Source: Candidatus Eiseniibacteriota bacterium
GTDB lineage: Bacteria; ARS69
Direction: 5' to 3'
DNA: 26,222 bases
Assembly: GCA_052390515.1 (NCBI GenBank)
Contig: JBQTGV010000119.1
Coordinates: 1 to 26,222, forward strand
Made by a program: the position numbers and the translations under genes. Below the pieces are notes generated by a model. That model was given only the letters and a program-made list of their open reading frames with translations, was not told the DNA's origin and searched no databases. Within the stretch, counting starts at the first letter, position 1. Every line of letters starts with the position of its first letter. Shown one piece after another: positions 18,067 through 26,222 of the stretch.

Positions 18067-18096
18067 ATGATAGGGACCGCGCTCGGCGATCGTCAA
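18067..18096 (-). promoter_or_regulatory. sigma70 promoter of 6S RNA
   Basis: Minus strand TTGACG (18096-18091), 18 nt, TATCAT (18072-18067). Confidence 0.7.
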
Positions 18097-18223
18097 GCCG
18101 CGTGTCGCGGCGACGTGAAGCAGCGCGTCGCACTGCACACCCGCCGTGCGACGAAGCGTCCCCTCGCGGGGCTCGGCGGCGGGCGAACCGCGCCGGCCGG
18201 GGCCCCTGTGTGCCTGTGTCAGC

Positions 18224-18248
18224 CAACCCATTGACGTACAACGCGTTA
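18224..18248. promoter_or_regulatory. back-to-back IHF-like sites
   Basis: CAACCCATTGA reads TCAA-N4-TTG on the minus strand and TACAACGCGTTA reads CAA-N4-TTA; partial matches to WATCAANNNNTTR. Confidence 0.45.
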
Positions 18249-18422
18249 CAAGGAACGATCCCCGCCCCTTTCGGAATCGTCAAGCCGGTGCCACAGTACG
18301 TCGATAGTAGACGGACAACGCATCTTCGACGAGGCTCGCGAACGTCGGAGCGAACGCGCGCGCCGCGCGATCGAACCGCACTCCGCGCGCGAGTACCGAT
18401 TCGATGCACGAGGAGGTTGTAA

Positions 18423-19169
18423 ATGAGTTCACGGATTCGGCTTCTCACCACCGCGACGCTGCTCATGGTACTCGCGTTCGCCTCGACGAGTGTCGCGCTC
18501 GAGAAGCGGGTTTCGCTGCTGGATGACTCCGAGCGCGACGAGTGGAGCCGGGGAACGACTCCCTGCCGCGTCATCTACTACAACACCTGCCAGGGCTGGA
18601 TCTGGGTGTGGGGAAGCTGGAACCCCGGCGACCAGTTCGGCACGCACTTCACGTCGTGCTGCCCCGGCGGCTACGGCTTCCACCAGCTGCTCGCGACCAC
18701 GTTCCTCGTGGGTACGCAGTCCCCGTCGGGATACGGGTTCACGGGCTCGATCGACGTGTGGGCGGCGGACGGCCAGGGTTGCCCGACCGGTCCTGCGCTG
18801 CGAAGCACGCCGTATCTCCCCATCTCCGGATTTCAGACCATCGACTGGTCTTCCAGTCCGATCGACGTCTCGGGTGGCGACTTCGTGGTCACGTACACCA
18901 TCGCGAACGCCACGCTCCCGGACCAGGTCACCTTCGCGACGGACCATCCTGCCGTCGGGCCGACCGGCGTCGCCGCGTGCGGGAACTGCTTCCCCAACAC
19001 GCGCGTCACGAGGTCGTTCTACTACGGCACCACGTCCGCTCCGTACTGCCCGGGAAGCTCGCTGTTCGACGGCGTGTGCAACGCGGAGTTCATGATCGAC
19101 GTCGACTTGGCGTGCGCGACGCCGGTGACGCAGACGTCCTGGGGTCAGATCAAGGGACTGTACCGCTAG
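18423..19169 (+). CDS. secreted Cys-rich protein with C-terminal SWGxIKxLYR motif
   Basis: GAGGAGG SD; Sec signal peptide ending STSVA; 10 Cys; ends PVTQTSWGQIKGLYR. Confidence 0.85.
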   Translation: MSSRIRLLTTATLLMVLAFASTSVALEKRVSLLDDSERDEWSRGTTPCRVIYYNTCQGWIWVWGSWNPGDQFGTHFTSCCPGGYGFHQLLATTFLVGTQSPSGYGFTGSIDVWAADGQGCPTGPALRSTPYLPISGFQTIDWSSSPIDVSGGDFVVTYTIANATLPDQVTFATDHPAVGPTGVAACGNCFPNTRVTRSFYYGTTSAPYCPGSSLFDGVCNAEFMIDVDLACATPVTQTSWGQIKGLYR

Positions 19170-19197
19170 AAGCGACAAGGGGTTCGCTGGAAGCATG

Positions 19198-19235
19198 CGG
19201 GGGTCTCCGCCGGGTGGCGGGACCCCCGTTCTCTT
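19198..19235 (+). terminator. intrinsic terminator between convergent genes
   Basis: CGGGGGTC-T-CCGCC gggt GGCGG-GACCCCCG followed by TTCTCTT. Confidence 0.75.
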
Positions 19236-19250
19236 GGGAGGGCGGCAGAC

Positions 19251-21576
<2,326 letters not shown>

Positions 21577-21580
<4 letters not shown>

Positions 21581-23946
21581 GCCTCGACCGCCTCCAGCAT
21601 CCGCCGAGCGCGGGCAAGCCGCTCCGGACGCTCGCGGACGAAACGCTCGATCCCGGCCAGGATGTCCTTCGGCGAGAGATGCGCTTCGGCCAGCACCTCG
21701 TCCACCGATCCGCCGGTGCGCCAGCGGTCGTCCCAGTCCGACGTGAGCGAGTACTCGTACGCGATCGGGTTCTTGACCCAGTCGTGCATCAGCCGACGCG
21801 AGCGGTTGGACACCGCCATGCAGTCGAGCTGGGTTTCCGGCGGGAGGATCTTCGCACGGTACGCGTCCGGCTGATCGCCGAAGAGCTGCCAGCTGACCGC
21901 GGAGACGATGCGCACGTTGAGCTTCGCGGCGTCGATCTCGGAGAGCACGGCGAACAGGTTGTTCGTCGTCATGGTCCCCTGCACGATCACCGTTCCGCCG
22001 CGCTTCCTCGACGGGTCGAAGTCGCGGATGAGATACGCGCCGCGGGCCGCCTCGAAGTGGTGCGCGACGCCGAGCGCCTGCCGGTCCAGAATGGAGACGG
22101 CCGGCCGGGTCAAGTGCAGGGCCACGATCGGATACCGCGAGCGGAACGCCGCGGCCAGCACGACGGGAACCTCGTTGTGCTCCCACGGATGCACGTTGCA
22201 CACGTGCCCGTCGGGAAACAGGTCGGTCACGCCGGGGGCGAAGATGCCGAAGTGCGTGCGGGAGTCCTCCGCCGTCTCCGGACCGGAGTGGCCTGCAACC
22301 CACAGCACCTTGCCCACCCGGATCTCCGAGTCCTGCGCGAGCTGGCTGAACAGGCGCATCGGCCCGTACTTGAGATAGCTGAACGAGCCGTAGGTGGAGT
22401 GCGCGGCCCAGAAGCCGTTGAACTTCTCGTACGGCTTCGGATGGACGTTCACGCAGGCGATGCCGGCGGACACGCCGGAGTTCGTGAACTCGGTGATCTC
22501 CTGCGGAAGCAGCGCGCCGTCCGTGTTCGTGTCGCGCTCGTACCAGCCCCACCCCTTCATGTCGCCGAAGTCCTTGGCGAAGCCGGCGATGTTCGTCGAG
22601 TCGGCGAGGTCCGCGGACATCGCCAGGAAGAGCGGCCGCCCGTACTTCTTGCGACCGAGCCCGTTCACGTACGCCGCCCACTTGGCGAACCCCGCGCGGT
22701 TCGGCTCCTTCGCCCCGGGTTTCGCCCACATCTCCGCGGGGTAGCGTTCGAAGTCCCAGAACTCCGGATCCTCGAAGGGCACCTTGGCGGTGTCGAACTT
22801 GGGGACGGCGGGGAGCGAAGGAACGGAGTCCCCGATCTCCACGAGCCGGTCGGCCACGTAGTCGACGAGCCCCGGGTCCTTCTCGTAGAGCGAGAGCGCG
22901 CGGCGCATGTTCTCCGCCACCTGCTCGCGCAGCGCCTTCGAATCGGCCGGCGCCGGCTCGCCCTGCCCGGCGAAGGCGATGCCGTACCTTTTGGTGAACT
23001 CGGCGCGCACCCGCCAGTAGTCCTCGCTGTTCTGCTTCGCCGGGGTCCCGTGCGACTTGTAGCCGGTGTAGGCATAGCCGCGGCCCTTGAGCGTCTTCCC
23101 CCACACGCAGACGGGGCGGCGCTCGGGATTCGGTCCGTGCACGCCCTCCAGCAGCGCCCGCGCGACGGGTTCCCACTCGCTGCCTTGCTCGGTGCCGACG
23201 ACCTTGAATCCGGTGGAGCCGAACCAGTCGGCCGGACCGCCGTAGACCACGCTGGAGCAGCGGCGCGCGTCGATGCCTTCGTCGTTCCAGTCGAGGACGT
23301 ACACGAGGTTGTCGAGACCGAGGCCCCACGCGGTGTTGCGCGTCTCCCAGGAGGCGCCCGCGGTCAGGCCGCCTTCGCCCTCGTAGGCGAACACGCGGAC
23401 GTCGGGGGCGCCGGCGCGTCGCAGTGCCAGAGCTTCGCCGGCCGCCGGCGGGGACCCGTGTCCGGAGGGACCCGTGTTGAACTTGAAGAAGAGCGTCTTC
23501 CCTTCCATCTCGGCGTGCCCGGGAAGGCCGCCGTTGCGGCGGAGCATCATCAGGTCTTCCCACAGCAGCATCTTGTGCTCGGCGTCGGGGACGAGGTAGC
23601 GCGCGTCCCGCGTGCGCTCGTACTTGAGGCGCAGCGCCTGGTTCAGTACGGCGAGCGTCGCGTAGACGAGCGGACAGGTGTGGCCGGCCACCAGGATGAA
23701 GCGATCCCCGAAGGGCTTCTCCGGGTGGCGGATGTCCCAGCGCATCACGCCGCCGAGCAGCGTGGTCACGAGGAGATGCACCTTGGAGCGCGAGCCGCCG
23801 GGGTGCCCGCTCTGCCGGTAGTTCAGCATCATGTCGATCATCGAGTCGATCATGTCCTTGAGCTTCTCCCAGTGGGAGAAGTCGCCCCGCAGTTCGGCGA
23901 GGCGCGTTTCCAGGTCCGGCATTTCCAGGGTCTTCAAAGGGGTCAC
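21577..23946 (-). CDS. tkt: transketolase-family ThDP enzyme, long divergent type
   Basis: SGHPGGS, DRFIL.AGH, LPGHAE, NTGPSGHG, ThDP motif GEGG...DWN, KGRG, SADLADS, ITEF, EDSRTH. Confidence 0.85.
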
Positions 23947-24134
23947 CCTCGTTCCGGTGGCGGGCGCGGCCGCGGCGGCCTTCGGTACACCGCAGCCAAG
24001 GTACGGCGTTCCAGCCGCCCAGCATAGCGCGGCCCTGGGCCGCGTTCCCAGGGTGATTCGGACGCGCGGGGTCGCGGCGTCGACCCCGACCGCCGCCCGG
24101 GGACTTCCACCGGTCCTTGCCCTAGACTCGCGCG

Positions 24135-25955
24135 ATGCGCGCGTTTCTCCGCCCAGGGCGGACCGCGGTCCTGGTGACCGCGGCGGTCGTCGTCCTCCTC
24201 GGCGCCACAGCCATCCACGGCGTCGTCCGCGAGCTGCGCGCGCCCATCGACAGGACGACCGCCGGCTACGTCCGCTCGGAGTCCTGCGCCTCCTGCCACC
24301 CGGGGCGCCACGAGACCTGGGACGCCACGTTCCACAGCTCCATGACCCAACGTCCCTCGCCGGCCGCCATCCTCGGCGACTTCGACGACGCGGAGTACAC
24401 GTGGTCCGGCGTGACGTCCCGCTTCACGCGCGAAGGCGAGCGCTTCGTCATCGAGACTCTCGACGCGGTGGATCCCGCCGGCGGCCGCATGACGCGCTAC
24501 GACGTGGCCATGACCGTGGGCTCGCGCCGCGTACAGCAGTACGTGACCCGCATCGGCGACCGCCACTTCCGACTGCCGCTGGCGTGGAACGTGGAGGAGG
24601 AGCGCTGGTTTCACCTGGCCGGCGGCTTCCTGCATCCCGACGGCGCCGGCTTCCACGACCACACCACGCTGTGGGACGCGAACTGCATCTTCTGCCACAA
24701 CGTGAAAGGCAATCCCGGCTTCGATCCGGCGAACGGCACGTTCGCGAGCCGCGTCGAGGAGCTGGGCGTCGCCTGCGAGGCGTGCCATGGTCCGGGCGAA
24801 GAGCACGTCGCGCGGCGGACGGATCCGCTGCGGCGCGCGCTGCTGCCGCTCGCCGGCGGCCCCGACCCCACCATCGTCCAACCGCTCGATCTGCCGCCGG
24901 ACCGTCAGGTGCAGCTCTGCGGCCACTGCCACGGCCAGCGGCTTCCCGAGCCGCGCTCCCGCATCGAGGAGTTCGTCACCCACGGGGATCCGTACACCGC
25001 CGGCGAGGATCTCGACGCCTTCGTCGCACCGATCGAGCGGGACACCGAGCTCGAGGGCGCCGACTTCTCGCTGCGTTTCTGGGAGGACGGCACGCCGCGG
25101 CTCACCGCCTACGAGTACCAGGCCCTGCTCATGACGCCCGACTACGCGAAGGGCGGCCTGACCTGCGTGCACTGCCACTCCATGCACGGCGGCGATCCGC
25201 GCGGGATGATCCGCGAGCCGATGCGGGGCGCGGCGGCCTGCGCGGACTGCCACGCGGACATCGTGGCGAAGGCGGGCGAGCACTCGCGGCATCGAGTCGA
25301 CGGCCCCGGCGCCGACTGCTACGCCTGCCATCTCCCGCGCATCGTGTACGGTGTTCTCGACGTACACCCGACGCATCGTATCGCGCGGCCGGATCCGTCG
25401 CGCGCGTGGCGCTTCGACATGCCCGAGGCGTGCACGCTCTGTCACGTGGACAAGACCGCGGAGTGGGCGGCGCGGACCTTCACGGAGCTCTACCGCGCCG
25501 GTGAGGTGCCGGCGCCGGCCGCGCCGCCGCCCGGGGACTTCCACGAGACCGCCGAATGTGTGCGCGCTCTCTTCGCCGGCGACGTGGTGCAGCGCGCCGT
25601 GGCGGTCGAGGCGCTCGCCGACCGCGCACCGCTCTGGGCCGTGCCGCTCCTGCTCGCCACGATGGAGGACGACTACCCGGCCGTGCGGCACTTCGCGTGG
25701 CGGGGAGCGCGTCGGATCCTCGAGCGCGAGGGCGTGCCGGCGCCGGAGGGACTCGCCTTCGATCCGCTGGCGGACGAGCCGGTCCGCGCGGCGGCCCTCG
25801 CCGAAGCGTGGAGCTGGTGGTCGGCGCTCGACAAGGCGGCGCTCGTCCATCCCGGGCCGGCGGTCCCGCTCGACGGCACGTTCCGGCCCATCGCCCCTGC
25901 GGTCGCGCGGCTGAAGGCCGGCCGGGACGAGAGGATCATCGCCATCGGGGAGTGA
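24135..25955 (+). CDS. octaheme c-type cytochrome with N-terminal anchor and C-terminal HEAT-like helices
   Basis: Eight CxxCH motifs: CASCH, CIFCH, CEACH, CGHCH, CVHCH, CADCH, CYACH, CTLCH; hydrophobic N-terminus. Confidence 0.9.
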   Translation: MRAFLRPGRTAVLVTAAVVVLLGATAIHGVVRELRAPIDRTTAGYVRSESCASCHPGRHETWDATFHSSMTQRPSPAAILGDFDDAEYTWSGVTSRFTREGERFVIETLDAVDPAGGRMTRYDVAMTVGSRRVQQYVTRIGDRHFRLPLAWNVEEERWFHLAGGFLHPDGAGFHDHTTLWDANCIFCHNVKGNPGFDPANGTFASRVEELGVACEACHGPGEEHVARRTDPLRRALLPLAGGPDPTIVQPLDLPPDRQVQLCGHCHGQRLPEPRSRIEEFVTHGDPYTAGEDLDAFVAPIERDTELEGADFSLRFWEDGTPRLTAYEYQALLMTPDYAKGGLTCVHCHSMHGGDPRGMIREPMRGAAACADCHADIVAKAGEHSRHRVDGPGADCYACHLPRIVYGVLDVHPTHRIARPDPSRAWRFDMPEACTLCHVDKTAEWAARTFTELYRAGEVPAPAAPPPGDFHETAECVRALFAGDVVQRAVAVEALADRAPLWAVPLLLATMEDDYPAVRHFAWRGARRILEREGVPAPEGLAFDPLADEPVRAAALAEAWSWWSALDKAALVHPGPAVPLDGTFRPIAPAVARLKAGRDERIIAIGE

Positions 25956-26222
25956 CCTCCCACGCCGCCGCGAAGTCTGCCGGCACCTTCGCCAGGAGCT
26001 GCAGCGGCTCCTTCGTGGCCGGGTGGCGGATGACGATCTCCGCGCAATGCAGCAGGTGGCGCGGCGCACCCGCCGCCGCCTCGATCTCCTCGGTGGGCCC
26101 GCCGCGCACGAACGCCCGGGCCAGCTCCTCCGGCACTCCGTACACCTTGTCGCCGAGGATCGGGAATCCCGCGTGCGCGGCGTGGACGCGGATCTGGTTG
26201 GGCCGCCCCGACTCCGGCAGCG
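25936..26222 (-). CDS. C-terminal part of an RluA-family pseudouridine synthase (partial)
   Basis: Frame open to the window edge: LPESGRPNQIRVHAAHAGFPILGDKVYG...HLLHCAEIVIRHPATKEPL. Confidence 0.88.
   Translation of the reverse strand, partial: LPESGRPNQIRVHAAHAGFPILGDKVYGVPEELARAFVRGGPTEEIEAAAGAPRHLLHCAEIVIRHPATKEPLQLLAKVPADFAAAWEVTPRWR

Noticed and set aside
17864..18574. Short ORFs in the 630-bp gap (17864-18070, 17902-18231, 17979-18422, 18041-18574)
   Set aside because: Poor GC3 bias; the region is better explained by the 6S RNA, its promoter and regulatory DNA.
24135..25955. NrfA-type nitrite reductase call
   Set aside because: No CxxCK active-site motif, eight hemes rather than five, and no nrfH/nrfBCD nearby.

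Overview
A GC-rich bacterial chromosome segment made up mostly of housekeeping genes. Lipoproteins, a FadL/PorV-like barrel and a secreted protein ending in 'SWGxIKxLYR' suggest a diderm FCB-group candidate phylum such as Eisenbacteria, Krumholzibacteria or Latescibacteria (inference). Gene order: partial pseudo-receiver gene (-) | trpF-aroC-Xaa-Pro peptidase-membrane pseudo-peptidase (+) | lipoprotein with a sigma54-type promoter (+) | OM beta-barrel and two-domain lipoprotein (-) | tRNA-Met(CAT)-tilS-hpt-ftsH-folP-cdaA (+) | an unexplained 450-bp structured gap | C-N hydrolase (-) | unknown protein with a sigma54-type promoter (+) | alpha/beta hydrolase (-) | 6S RNA with its own promoter and terminator (-) | Cys-rich secreted protein (+) | guaB, pcm, divergent transketolase (-) | octaheme cytochrome c (+) | partial RluA (-). 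I see no mobile element, CRISPR array or recognisable defence system, and I cannot support a single new multi-gene system. The best leads are: GuaB missing two IMP-phosphate ligands, the C-terminal sorting-like motif, two sigma54-type promoters on unknown genes, PIMT with a signal peptide coupled to a GEG-motif transketolase, and the free-standing 6S RNA.
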